The notes below the pieces were generated by a model. It was not told the origin of the DNA, made no database searches, and was given only the letters and a program-made list of their open reading frames with translations. Positions 8,486 to 18,414 of a stretch of 51,571 bases of DNA are shown piece after piece (position 1 is the first letter of the stretch; each line of letters starts with the position of its first letter). Source of the DNA: Nitrospirota bacterium (GTDB lineage Bacteria; Nitrospirota; 9FT-COMBO-42-15; HDB-SIOI813); contig JAHFEQ010000003.1 in NCBI GenBank assembly GCA_023248395.1, positions 1-51,571 on the forward strand. The letters run 5' to 3'. Position numbers and translations under genes: made by a program.

Positions 8486-11311
8486 CTAATGTTCCTCCAC
8501 TACGATCATCTGATCTGGTTTTACATTCTTCAGTTGTATAATTTTACCCGATGGGAATTTCACCTCTACATCGAGAGGACCGCTATAACTATCCAGACCG
8601 AATTCTACGGGGAGTGAGTGCTGGGAGCCACTCCCCTTGCCTCCCTGGACTTCGCGGATCTGTCGTGATCGCAGGCTAAAGCCTGCGGCTACTTCTGACT
8701 TCCTACTTCTAACTTCTGACGGTGTATCTGCTGCTTGCTCACTGATACCTCCTACCTCCTCTCTGGATTCACTCTGTGCAATCATAACCCTGGCCCCTAT
8801 ACCTGAACGATTTGACTCTCTCCCTACTACGCGCACTTGCAGCCAGTGGTTGCTATTCCCGTCATTTCTGAAAAGCCTGACACCATCACTACTGGCTACA
8901 AGGAGATCCAGGTCTCCATCATTGTCATAATCAGCAAAGGCATTTCCCCATCCATTATCTACTCGCACACCGGCAAGCCATGTGACATCCGCAAATGTGC
9001 CGTCACCATTTCCCCTGTAGAGGAAACTCTTTTTCCCCCTGTACGTGGATGTAAAATAGAGGTCCAATATTCCGTCATTATCATAATCAGCAAGAGATGG
9101 ATCAGCTGAGGTTTCTTCAAATCTTATGCCGGAGTCAGCAAATCTGTTGATGAATCTGAAGTCACCTGTGCTATCCCTCACCTCTTTCCTCTCCCCCGAG
9201 GAGAAAGGGGGTGGCCCCTGATTCTCGAGGAGCATGCTTTTATCAGAGAATCCTAGATACCGTGGGTGGGCAAGATTCGAGACAAAGAGATCTAAGTAGC
9301 CATCGTTATTAAAGTCCCCCCACTCTGCGCCAATAGAATGACCATAGGCCCCTTCTTCCTCACTCCCCTCTACACCAACCTCTGCAGCGACATTTGTAAA
9401 CGTCCCATCCCCATTATTCCGCCACAAAAAATTGGGGTCCAGTCGATAGTTTGCCACATAGATGTCGGTGTCGCCGTCATTGTCAAAATCTCCCCAATTT
9501 ACCCCTCTTCCGCACATATTTTCTGGGGAGATTATCCCTGTAGCAGTGCTTACATCTGTAAACGTCCCATTACCATTATTATGAAGGAGTCGGTCTGGCA
9601 GACATCTTGCTCTGTCTACCGTCTCTAACAAAGGCTTTTCATAATTGGCTATGTATAGATCTATGAAACCATCTTTATCGTAATCCCCCCATGCAGCGGC
9701 CTCTGTAGGATAGTTGTCTGGAGTCTCCACTGCAGTCATCGTAATATCCGTAAATGTCCCATCCTTATTGTTCCTCCAGAATCGGTCAGTCGTTTCTTTA
9801 CCGGATGCAAAGGTATAAAAGTCAATATAACCATCATTGTCAAAATCCCCCCACACCCCTCCATTTGCACCTGGAATGGGAGAAATCCCGGCCTCTGTTG
9901 TAACATCCATAAATGTCCCATCACCATTATTCTTAAAGAGAATAGCCCCGTTGAAAAGTATGTCCTCATACCCATCATTATTATAGTCTCCCCATGCCAG
10001 CCGGTTGACTTTTACGGCTGACAAGCCTGCCGCTTCTGTAACATCAGTAAAGGTAGTGACACCCTCCCTCCGGGCAAAGGATTTGTATAATGGTTCAAAT
10101 CCCATTTCAGTAGTCCCCCTAAATCCCCTTTTAGTGAAGGGGGATTTAGGGGGACTACTGGACGATACTATCTTTTGGAGTCTCTCCTCTGCCTCTTTAT
10201 TCTCCCCTGATTTAAGGGCCTGTACATAGGAGTGGATCGCACCCTCTGTATCACCCTTCTCTTCCAGCAGTAGGCCGAGGTGATAGTATAGATTCTGGTC
10301 AAAGTCAAGATATTGGGTGGCCTTCCTGTACGCCTTTTCTGCCTTTTTGTACTTCCCAAGTTTATAGTATGCCCAGCCGAGTGTGTCATAGTAAGTCCCT
10401 TTGCTCTTCCTGAGGTCTTTACGCCACTCGGATTCAGGATAGTGATCAGGCTTATCTGCCGGGTCGGGATCTTCTATAAGTTCTAAAGCCTTTTTGATGT
10501 ATAAGACGGCCCTGTCTAAGGCGATGTCCTCCTCTGTATACCAGTGGCCAACAGAAAAATTGGCCCTCCGGTTATCAGGTTCACCTTCAATCCACTTCTC
10601 GCCATATTCAAAAAGTTTCTCCTTATCTTTCAGATCCTTTGCAGCTATGCTTAGTCTGATTGAATTGACCATATATAATTCTTTACTGAAGGGAAATAGC
10701 TTCTGAAACTTTTCTATCATACTGAGACGTTTTTCTACATCCCTTTCTCTCAGGATCTCCTCAAAGGTAGCCGTGGCAAGCCCTGCGCGGTGTTCCTCAT
10801 CCGGGCCTGATGTCAGTATCTCTTCAGCGACTTTGGACGCCTGGTCATATTCATGTAAGAAACCAAGCCCCTGGTAGGCGGCAATAAGCCTTTCAGGGTT
10901 TTTGTCCTCTAAGGAGGGGGAGATAAAGTCCTCTATCTCTTTTTTTACTTCTTTCTTCGCCTCTTCTGTATATCCAGATTCCTCAAGCCTCACCTTCCAC
11001 AGGCTTGAATAGGCACTATAGGCATCCCTGTCATACTTCAATGCCTCGTGGTACGCAAAAGTGGCCTCCGCATAATTGTCAATGGTAAAGTAGATGTTAC
11101 CGAGGGCAATCCACGCCTTTGCGTTTTCCGGGTTATCCTTAAGGGACTTTATCAGGGTAGCCTCTGCCTTCCCATATTGCCGTTTATTGGCATATAATTC
11201 CCCTTCCTTTAAGGCGATACTTGATTGATAGGATTTTAAGATAGAGGCACAACCTGAGAAGTTAACAGAGATAAACAGGATCAGAGGGATTAGGAGAAGT
11301 TTTTTGACCAT
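8486..11311 (-). CDS. Lipoprotein with N-terminal TPR repeats, FG-GAP/VCBS repeats and a C-terminal ASPIC/UnbV domain (CRTAC1-like)
   Basis: 941 aa. Signal peptide plus lipobox (ISVNFSGC). TPR region of ~350 aa. Repeated WGDYNNDGYED, WGDFDNDGYID and ADYDNDGDLDL units. C-terminus NHWLQVRVVG...GIGARV. Carries three repeat-derived in-frame inserts. Confidence 0.85.
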   Translation of the reverse strand: MVKKLLLIPLILFISVNFSGCASILKSYQSSIALKEGELYANKRQYGKAEATLIKSLKDNPENAKAWIALGNIYFTIDNYAEATFAYHEALKYDRDAYSAYSSLWKVRLEESGYTEEAKKEVKKEIEDFISPSLEDKNPERLIAAYQGLGFLHEYDQASKVAEEILTSGPDEEHRAGLATATFEEILRERDVEKRLSMIEKFQKLFPFSKELYMVNSIRLSIAAKDLKDKEKLFEYGEKWIEGEPDNRRANFSVGHWYTEEDIALDRAVLYIKKALELIEDPDPADKPDHYPESEWRKDLRKSKGTYYDTLGWAYYKLGKYKKAEKAYRKATQYLDFDQNLYYHLGLLLEEKGDTEGAIHSYVQALKSGENKEAEERLQKIVSSSSPPKSPFTKRGFRGTTEMGFEPLYKSFARREGVTTFTDVTEAAGLSAVKVNRLAWGDYNNDGYEDILFNGAILFKNNGDGTFMDVTTEAGISPIPGANGGVWGDFDNDGYIDFYTFASGKETTDRFWRNNKDGTFTDITMTAVETPDNYPTEAAAWGDYDKDGFIDLYIANYEKPLLETVDRARCLPDRLLHNNGNGTFTDVSTATGIISPENMCGRGVNWGDFDNDGDTDIYVANYRLDPNFLWRNNGDGTFTNVAAEVGVEGSEEEGAYGHSIGAEWGDFNNDGYLDLFVSNLAHPRYLGFSDKSMLLENQGPPPFSSGERKEVRDSTGDFRFINRFADSGIRFEETSADPSLADYDNDGILDLYFTSTYRGKKSFLYRGNGDGTFADVTWLAGVRVDNGWGNAFADYDNDGDLDLLVASSDGVRLFRNDGNSNHWLQVRVVGRESNRSGIGARVMIAQSESREEVGGISEQAADTPSEVRSRKSEVAAGFSLRSRQIREVQGGKGSGSQHSLPVEFGLDSYSGPLDVEVKFPSGKIIQLKNVKPDQMIVVEEH
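8650..8770 (-). repeat. Composite purine-heptamer element, in frame inside the ASPIC/UnbV domain
   Basis: Heptamers ACTTCTN x4 at 8691-8720 (AGAAGTN on the sense strand). 7-bp hairpin cgcaggc-taaa-gcctgcg at 8670-8687. The module cagtgagcaagca (sense strand) is shared with 26071-26083. Confidence 0.75.
9181..9218. repeat. Degenerate G-rich palindromic element, in frame in the FG-GAP region
   Basis: cctctttcctctcccccgaggagaaagggggtggcccc, an imperfect inverted repeat. It encodes PPPFSSGERKEV, which interrupts an FG-GAP unit (LLENQG...GDFRF). Confidence 0.5.
10108..10160. repeat. G-rich palindromic element (family B, KGG type), in frame at the TPR/FG-GAP junction
   Basis: 23-bp stem with a single bulged G: cagtagtccccctaaatcccctt (10108-10130), loop ttagtg, aagggggatttagggggactactg (10137-10160). 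Confidence 0.85.
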
Positions 11312-12768
11312 TCTTTAGAGTAAAGGCATGTCAGTCTCCAACGATCATATAATGTTCTAACCTCTGTCTCGTTTCGTTTAGGAGTAGATGCCTTTTTGCT
11401 ATTGATGAGTTTTTCAATGGATGAGAGTCCGTTCCATATCTTCAAGCTGAGACCTGCCAGGAAGGCAACACCCCTGGAGGTGGAATCATCCTCTCTGGTC
11501 TTATATAAGGGGATATGAAGAAGGTCTGACTGGAACTGCAGCAGATAGGGTATATCTGACAATGCACCACTTGCGACTATCTTTTTAGTCTGTATACGGC
11601 CATCCTTCTCCAGCACGCTAAAGTTATCCTTTATCAGAAAGGCGATCGATTCCACGGCTGAACGGATAATATCTTCCCGCGTCGAGGTGGATTTTAGCCC
11701 GAAGATACATGCCGTTGTATTTGCATTCCAATGGGGCGACCCTATGCCCGCTATGGAAGGAAGCATGAAGAGTCTCCCTTCTGATCGTCTGCATATCTCT
11801 TCTATGTTATCCTTGTCGCTGATAAGACCCAGATTGTTTTTCATCCACTCAAATATTGAACCTACGGCATTCATCGTACCTTCAAGAAGATATGCCGTAT
11901 TTCCATTAGATGACCAGGCCACTGTCGTTAAAAGCCCTGGCAGCATAAATATCTTCTTCCCTGTGTTGACCAGTATAAACCCATCTGTGCCGTAATTGAT
12001 ATTAACCTCTCCTTCCTGAAGACATCCATTTCCTGCAAGAGATGCCTGATGTTCCACGATGCTCGCATGTATGGGTATTGTCTGGCCATCTATTATGGCA
12101 TCCCCAAAATAGTATGAGGTGGGGAATATGGGCGGGAGTATATTGGATGGTATGGCAAATACTTCAAGCAATTCTTTATCCCATGACTTGGTAAATATGT
12201 TAAATAAGAGGGTCTGTGCAGCGTTCGTATGGTCTGTAGCGTATATGGATCCCTTTGTTAAATGCCACATGAGATAGGTATTGACAGTACTACACAACAT
12301 ATTTCCCTTTTCCATGACTTTTCGTGCCGGCTTTACATTCTCTAATAACCATTTTATCTTGGAAGCAGAGTAGTGCTGAGATAACGGAAGCCCTGTGCGT
12401 TCACGGACATTTTCTCTGTGGCCTGTTTTCTCATTGCAGATATCTGTCCCCCGTGAGTCCTGATGGCTTATTGCATTATAGAGAGCCCGACCCGTAGATT
12501 TATCCCAAATGACGGTGGTAGAGGGTTGATTTGTGATACCCATCGCGCCGATTTGTTTCCTCTTAGTGCCTATCTTTCTGAATAACGCCCGTATGGCATT
12601 AAGCTGGCTTTTCAGGATGTCATCAGGTTTGTATTCTACCCAGCCTGTTTTGAGGTGAATGGGTTTAACCGGGTATGCTGACTGAGCGATAATCTTCCCC
12701 TTATTGTCAACAAGGGCTGCCTTGGATTCTGTAGCGCCCTGATCCAGGGCAAGTATGTACTGTCCCAT
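11290..12768 (-). CDS. FGGY-family carbohydrate kinase (glycerol-kinase-like)
   Basis: 492 aa. N-terminus YILALDQGATESKAALVD is a divergent form of the GlpK DQGTTSSR motif. FGGY N and C domains are present. The 3' end overlaps the downstream lipoprotein gene by 22 nt. Confidence 0.75.
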   Translation of the reverse strand: MGQYILALDQGATESKAALVDNKGKIIAQSAYPVKPIHLKTGWVEYKPDDILKSQLNAIRALFRKIGTKRKQIGAMGITNQPSTTVIWDKSTGRALYNAISHQDSRGTDICNEKTGHRENVRERTGLPLSQHYSASKIKWLLENVKPARKVMEKGNMLCSTVNTYLMWHLTKGSIYATDHTNAAQTLLFNIFTKSWDKELLEVFAIPSNILPPIFPTSYYFGDAIIDGQTIPIHASIVEHQASLAGNGCLQEGEVNINYGTDGFILVNTGKKIFMLPGLLTTVAWSSNGNTAYLLEGTMNAVGSIFEWMKNNLGLISDKDNIEEICRRSEGRLFMLPSIAGIGSPHWNANTTACIFGLKSTSTREDIIRSAVESIAFLIKDNFSVLEKDGRIQTKKIVASGALSDIPYLLQFQSDLLHIPLYKTREDDSTSRGVAFLAGLSLKIWNGLSSIEKLINSKKASTPKRNETEVRTLYDRWRLTCLYSKEWSKNFS

Positions 12769-12904
12769 CTGCCTAAAATTCCTGTTAATTTTTGGGCTAT
12801 CTTAGCAACTTGGGTGTGCAAAGTCAACCTGGTTGTTTTTCTATAATAATTTGACAAAACAGGTCAGCTTTGATAGGTATGTGACGGTAATAAAAGGTGG
12901 GGCA

Positions 12905-14434
12905 TTGACTTATATAGATAAACAAGGTGCTGCTGTACAGCCGAAGTTATCTCCACGGGAGGAGAGGTTTGAATGGTGGAGGCAGACTATTGGCCTTTTT
13001 TTAGGCCCGTTGATCTTTTTAGGACTCTATCTGATGCCCACCCCTTCCTTATCTAAAGAGGCCCATCTATTGGCCGCTATACTCGGCATTGTCATTACCT
13101 TTTGGATATCCGAGGCTATCCCAATTCCTGTTACCGCACTCCTGGGCGCCGGGCTGTGTGTGATCTTAGGGGTAGCCCCTGCAAAGACAGTCCTTGCCCC
13201 CTTTGCGGATCCAATTGTGTTTCTCTTTATCGGGAGTTTTATCATTGCCAGGGCGATGAGCCTCCATAAGTTAGACCGTAGATTTGCCTTGTACATCTTT
13301 TCTATCAAGGGGATAGGCAATAATCCTTCAAGGCTTTTGTTAGCATGCGGTGGGATCGTATCGCTTATTTCCATGTGGATCAGTAATACGGCTGCGACAG
13401 CCATTATGTTACCTATATGCATTGGGATGCTCAAGGCCATGGATAGGTGGTTGCCTGGTGTCAGTTCACGGTACAAGACAGGTCTCATGCTGATGATAGC
13501 CTATGGTGCCTCCGTAGGTGGGATCGCTACCCCTGTTGGCTCCCCCCCGAATCTTATAGCAATAGGGATGATAGACTCTCTCGCCCACCGCCGGATCACC
13601 TTTTTCCAGTGGATGGCCCTTGGTGTCCCACTCCTAATTATAATGTTTATTACCCTGTCTGTCGTATTAAGATTTCTACATCCACCCCCTGAGAATGTCT
13701 CCTCCAGTGCCTCTGAGTTGGTAGGCGACCTAAGGGACGAGATTGGGATCTGGAGCAGAGGAGAGATCTATACCTTAATCTCCTTTTGTGCGGCGGTTGT
13801 GTTATGGATACTTCCGGGGATAATTGCTACCCTCCTTGGGGCAGAATCTGAAGTCTATAAGTCGGTAAGAGGTATATTAGATGAGGGAATAGTGGCCCTT
13901 ATTGCCGCCTCCTTCCTGTTCATGATCCCAATTAACTGGGATAAAAGGACCTTTGCGCTGACATGGGATCAGGCCGTTAAGATAGACTGGGGGACTATTA
14001 TGCTGTTTGGCAGTGGGTTGAGCCTTGGAAAGCTGATGTTTGATATAGGCGTTGCTAAGGTCATAGGGACTAAACTCATGGAGTTGGGCGGGGTGGAGGG
14101 GCTCTGGAGTATTACTGCCATGGCTATCATTATCGGGATACTGGTCAGTGAGACCACCTCCAATACGGCCTCTGCAAGCATGGTCATTCCGGTGATGATC
14201 GCGATATCCCAGGCTGCAGGGGTCTCTCCCATACCTCCTGCATTAGGGGGCTGCTTAGGTGCAAGTTTTGGTTTCATGTTGCCTGTATCCACGCCCCCAA
14301 ATGCAATCGTATACGGCTCAGGGATGGTCCCTATCCTCTCCATGGTCAGGGCAGGGATTTTGTTTGACCTCCTCGGATTCATTATGATATGGTTGGGGCT
14401 ACGGATTTTGTGTCCTCTGATAGGACTTGTATAG
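12905..14434 (+). CDS. DASS/SLC13-family anion (di/tricarboxylate or sulfate) transporter
   Basis: Polytopic membrane protein with two SNT hairpin motifs (SNTAATAIMLPI, SNTASASMVIPV) and VSTPPNAIVYGSG. The start is uncertain. ORF-track TTG 12833 overlaps promoter-like TATAAT/TTGACA boxes. In-frame GTG 12881 or TTG 12905 (preceded by aaaggtgggg) are more plausible. Confidence 0.8.
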   Translation: MTYIDKQGAAVQPKLSPREERFEWWRQTIGLFLGPLIFLGLYLMPTPSLSKEAHLLAAILGIVITFWISEAIPIPVTALLGAGLCVILGVAPAKTVLAPFADPIVFLFIGSFIIARAMSLHKLDRRFALYIFSIKGIGNNPSRLLLACGGIVSLISMWISNTAATAIMLPICIGMLKAMDRWLPGVSSRYKTGLMLMIAYGASVGGIATPVGSPPNLIAIGMIDSLAHRRITFFQWMALGVPLLIIMFITLSVVLRFLHPPPENVSSSASELVGDLRDEIGIWSRGEIYTLISFCAAVVLWILPGIIATLLGAESEVYKSVRGILDEGIVALIAASFLFMIPINWDKRTFALTWDQAVKIDWGTIMLFGSGLSLGKLMFDIGVAKVIGTKLMELGGVEGLWSITAMAIIIGILVSETTSNTASASMVIPVMIAISQAAGVSPIPPALGGCLGASFGFMLPVSTPPNAIVYGSGMVPILSMVRAGILFDLLGFIMIWLGLRILCPLIGLV

Positions 14435-14607
14435 TTGATTTAACCTGCTGATCACGTAGCTGATTCCAGTGCAACACCCTCTTAAAATGCCTGCTTTGGA
14501 ATGAACAGAGAAAATTCATTAAGTATTCAGCTGTATTAGGTCGATAAATCTTAGGGATTAAAATCTAAACCTGACCTGTTGCAGGTCATTTTCTGGGATT
14601 AAACTTT

Positions 14608-17265
14608 ATGATGCAGAGTAGATGGGTAACGCCCTCTTTTATAAAAGGCCTCAAGGGCGCAACTGTGCAAAAGCATTGTAAGTTGTTGCTGGCAATAGGT
14701 GGAGCCCTGACGGCGTTGTTGATAGCACTGCTGATCGGATCGAAAGTCATTCTCCTCGATAGCTTTCTTGATATCGAGAAAAATGATATGAAGAGAAATG
14801 TGGAGAGGGTGATGAATGCCCTTCAGGGGGAACTCTCTCAATTGAGTACCTCAAACAGTGATTATGCAGGTTGGGATGATAGCTACCAATTCATTCAGGA
14901 TGGTAATAAGGAGTACATAGAAAAGAATATCCCGGATACAGTATTTTCCACTTTGCGTATTAACCTGCTGATGTATGTGACAAATGACGGTAGAATTGTC
15001 TATGCAAGAAGTTTTGACCGGCAGGAAGGTAAAGCAATTGAACTTCCCGAGGGTCTGCTCAAGCACATCTCAGCAAAAAGTCTATTAGTGCAGCACCCTG
15101 ATACCCAAAGTACTGTAAACGGCATCTTATCACTGCCAGAGCGACTGTTTTTGATCTCCTCCAAGCCTATTTTAACAAATGAATTTAAGGGTCCAATTCA
15201 TGGGGCTTTGATTATGGGGCGGTATCTTGATGATGAAGAGGTCAAGCGGCTTGCCGATACGACAAAACTCTCTCTGACCATTTATCGATCTGATAAACAA
15301 GAGATGCCAGATGAGTTAATGATGGCCCGGGATGTGGTTTCGGAGTCTCAGCCTGTCTGGATTCATCCCCTGAACAAAAAGACTGTTGCTGCATATACTT
15401 TGGTAAAAGACATTTATGGAAAAGGGGTACTCATTGCTAAGATTGATGTTCCCAGAGACATTTACCTCCAGGGGATAGCAACTATCCAGTACATCATCTT
15501 CTGGTTTCTTACTGTAGGTTTAATATTTTCCGTAATAAGCTATCTGCTCTTTGACAACCTGGTGTTTTTGCGGCGTAAAGAGAAGGAATCGGAAGATCGC
15601 TATCGTTCTGTAGTAAAACAGGCCTCGGAAGGTATACTGATAGTTTCAGTTGATAATAAAAGGATCATAGAGGGTAATACGGCATTTCATGGGCTGATAG
15701 GTTATACTCCTGAGGAAGCGGCTCAGATGACCCTGTACGACATCGTTCTGGAAGAACGGGATAAGGTGGACTCTGAGGCCGAACGTATCCTGGAAGAGAA
15801 AAGGGAGATGCGGCTGCGCCATAAGGATGGTTCTTTTGTTGACGTGGAACTGAGCGCAAATCAAATCCCCTACAAAGACCAGGAGGTTATGTGTCTTGTG
15901 GTGCATGACATCACCGAACGTAAACGTTTTGTAGAACAGTTGATGCACCAGGCAAATCATGATTCTCTCACCGGCCTGGCCAACCGGAACCTCCTTAAAG
16001 ACCGTCTGAATCAGGCCATTGCCTATCAAAAGCGAAAGAATCAGATTATTGCCGTGATGCTCCTCGACCTGGACGATTTTAAGATTGTCAATGATACCCT
16101 TGGACATCAGGCCGGTGACCTCCTCTTAAAAGATGTTGCCCAAAGGTTGCAAGGGTCAGTCAGGAGTTATGACACCGTGGCCCGCCTCGGTGGAGATGAG
16201 TTTGTTATTATTATTACAGATGTGACCAATACCCAGGATATTATTACCATTACCAAGAATATTCTTAATCTTTTCAGTACATCCTTTAAGTTGAATGAAC
16301 AGGAGATCTTTATCACCACAAGTATTGGGATCTCTCTGTATCCGTTGGATGGCGATAACATAGAATACCTGCTCATGAAGGCAGATACTGCCCTGTATCA
16401 TAGTAAGGGACAGGGGAGAAACAACTATCATTTCTTTGCCGGAGAGATGAACAAAAAGGTCAGCGACCGGCTTGTCATGGAAACACGACTCCGTAAGGCG
16501 ATAGAGGGGGGAGAACTCCTCCTCCATTACCAGCCCAAGGTGGAATTAACGGATGGAAGGATTTGCGGGATGGAGGCACTGATCCGATGGCAGCATCCGG
16601 AATCTGGTATCATTTCGCCAGCAGAATTTATTCCGCTTGCCGAGGAAACTGGCATGATTATCCCTATCGGGGAATTCGCCCTCCGTACTGCCTGCAGGCA
16701 GACCAAACAATGGCACGACATGGGTTACCCTTCGCTAAGAATATCGGTAAACCTCTCTGCCCGGCAGTTTGCCCAGGATAACTTAGTAGACACAGTGAAG
16801 GATATATTGCAGGAGACGGGCTTCGACCCCAATTACCTTGATTTGGAACTCACCGAGAGTATTCTGATACAAAATGAGGAGAAGATTATCAGAAAGCTCA
16901 ACGCCTTAAGAGAAATGGGGATCACACTTTCTCTGGACGATTTTGGGACAGGCTATTCATCTTTGAGTTATCTCAAAAAATTCCCTATAGGCGAGGTGAA
17001 GATCGACAGATCTTTTGTGAGGGATATTAACAACAATCCTGACGATGCCGCACTCGTCGAGGCGATCCTGTCGATGACACGCAGTCTGAAACTGAAGACT
17101 GTGGCAGAAGGGGTAGAGACTTTGGATCAGTTAAACTTCCTGATCGAACACAATTGCGGTGCAATTCAGGGGTTCTACTTCAGTCGTCCTCTGCCCGCTG
17201 AATCATTTACAGAACTTCTCAGTTCAAAAAAACAGCTTGACATGGATTACAGCAGAACCCCGTAG
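14608..17265 (+). CDS. Membrane sensor with CHASE4-like periplasmic domain, PAS, GGDEF and EAL domains (c-di-GMP turnover)
   Basis: 885 aa with two TM segments flanking a CHASE4-like region (DYAGWDDSYQF). PAS region (ASEGILIVS...HDITERK). Intact RLGGDEFVII. EAL motifs EALIRWQHP and DDFGTGYSSL. Confidence 0.9.
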   Translation: MMQSRWVTPSFIKGLKGATVQKHCKLLLAIGGALTALLIALLIGSKVILLDSFLDIEKNDMKRNVERVMNALQGELSQLSTSNSDYAGWDDSYQFIQDGNKEYIEKNIPDTVFSTLRINLLMYVTNDGRIVYARSFDRQEGKAIELPEGLLKHISAKSLLVQHPDTQSTVNGILSLPERLFLISSKPILTNEFKGPIHGALIMGRYLDDEEVKRLADTTKLSLTIYRSDKQEMPDELMMARDVVSESQPVWIHPLNKKTVAAYTLVKDIYGKGVLIAKIDVPRDIYLQGIATIQYIIFWFLTVGLIFSVISYLLFDNLVFLRRKEKESEDRYRSVVKQASEGILIVSVDNKRIIEGNTAFHGLIGYTPEEAAQMTLYDIVLEERDKVDSEAERILEEKREMRLRHKDGSFVDVELSANQIPYKDQEVMCLVVHDITERKRFVEQLMHQANHDSLTGLANRNLLKDRLNQAIAYQKRKNQIIAVMLLDLDDFKIVNDTLGHQAGDLLLKDVAQRLQGSVRSYDTVARLGGDEFVIIITDVTNTQDIITITKNILNLFSTSFKLNEQEIFITTSIGISLYPLDGDNIEYLLMKADTALYHSKGQGRNNYHFFAGEMNKKVSDRLVMETRLRKAIEGGELLLHYQPKVELTDGRICGMEALIRWQHPESGIISPAEFIPLAEETGMIIPIGEFALRTACRQTKQWHDMGYPSLRISVNLSARQFAQDNLVDTVKDILQETGFDPNYLDLELTESILIQNEEKIIRKLNALREMGITLSLDDFGTGYSSLSYLKKFPIGEVKIDRSFVRDINNNPDDAALVEAILSMTRSLKLKTVAEGVETLDQLNFLIEHNCGAIQGFYFSRPLPAESFTELLSSKKQLDMDYSRTP

Positions 17266-17288
17266 ACAACCTCCATCCTCGTCTTTTT

Positions 17289-17323
17289 CTGACTTATGAT
17301 ATCTGACTTCTCACTTCTTTCTT
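17289..17323 (-). repeat. Purine-rich heptamer array in the lptG 3' region
   Basis: Plus strand reads CTGACTT ATGATAT CTGACTT CTCACTT CTTTCTT with period 7. It is purine-rich on the minus strand, which is the lptG sense strand. Confidence 0.55.
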
Positions 17324-17324
17324 T

Positions 17325-18410
17325 TTAAAGTTTTGCCGCACGATAAAAGATATATCCACCAACACCCATGAATATTATATTTGCCAGCCAGGCTGAAAGT
17401 AGGGCAGGGATATAGCCGGAATATCCCATATGGAGGGATAGAGAAAAGGAGACCCAGTAGAGCAGACTCACAAGAATACATAATCCCATTCCTGAGGCGA
17501 TCCCCCCGAATCTTTTTATATGCAGGGCCAAAGATACTCCAATAATCGTCATTATAAAACCTGCGAGAGGAAAAGATGTTTTGGCATAGAGATCTACTGC
17601 AAGCCTTTTTACCTCATACCCCTCTCTCCTGATCCTTTTTATGTAGTCTCTGAGTACGCTGAATCTGGTTTCTGAGGCCTGGACAACAGCATGTCTGATA
17701 TCCTTTAGCTCGAAAGGGAAGGGTATGGGGAATTGATCGAAGGTATAGACCTTCATCACCTGGTTGTCACTGTCAAATACCCTCCGGATGCCTGACTGTA
17801 AAAACCATTGTCCATTCACTGATATGGCCTTATCTGCGGATATACTTTCCCTTATCCGGGAGTCAGGCGAGAGAGAGTATACATTGATCCCCCATAAAAT
17901 CTTTTTATCAGGGTCTATAAAGCTGATATTGTAGAACGTATGGCTGTCAGACTTCAGCCAGAGACTATCTGCTTTAAAAAACATCTCTTCCTGTCTGTTT
18001 TCCATCCTTCTTTTTATATTTTCTGCCTTCTTATTTGCGGCTGGCACAACAGAATCGTTTAAAAAAAATATGGAGATAGAGATAAGAAAGGTTACTATTA
18101 ACATCGGTGAAGCAATATTCAGGACGCTTAATCCACCTGAACGCATTGCTGTTACCTCATTATATTTCGTGAATAATCCCAGGTTGAGAAAAGAAGCAAA
18201 TAAGAGGGATAAGGGGACGATGTAGTATATTGCCTGTGGAAGGCGTAACAGGAAGTATTTAGCCGTCGTAACAAGGTCGGCATGGATCTTTGTAAAGTCG
18301 TCTAAATTTTCAAATATATCTACAGCCATATAGACAATGGTAAGACCTGTCAATATCAGCAGGAATATTTTAAAAAATTCCATGATCACATATCTGTTCA
18401 CGATCTTCAT
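17325..18410 (-). CDS. lptG: LPS export ABC permease LptG
   Basis: 361 aa, YjgP/YjgQ family (N-terminus IVNRYVIMEF), six hydrophobic segments with a large periplasmic loop. It is the second gene of the pair. Confidence 0.85.
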   Translation of the reverse strand: MKIVNRYVIMEFFKIFLLILTGLTIVYMAVDIFENLDDFTKIHADLVTTAKYFLLRLPQAIYYIVPLSLLFASFLNLGLFTKYNEVTAMRSGGLSVLNIASPMLIVTFLISISIFFLNDSVVPAANKKAENIKRRMENRQEEMFFKADSLWLKSDSHTFYNISFIDPDKKILWGINVYSLSPDSRIRESISADKAISVNGQWFLQSGIRRVFDSDNQVMKVYTFDQFPIPFPFELKDIRHAVVQASETRFSVLRDYIKRIRREGYEVKRLAVDLYAKTSFPLAGFIMTIIGVSLALHIKRFGGIASGMGLCILVSLLYWVSFSLSLHMGYSGYIPALLSAWLANIIFMGVGGYIFYRAAKL

Positions 18411-18414
18411 TCTA

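Noticed and set aside
8691-8720. Heptamer arrays as CRISPR or minisatellite loci
   Set aside because: The units are 7 nt with no spacers and only 3-5 copies. No cas genes are present. This is not a CRISPR array.
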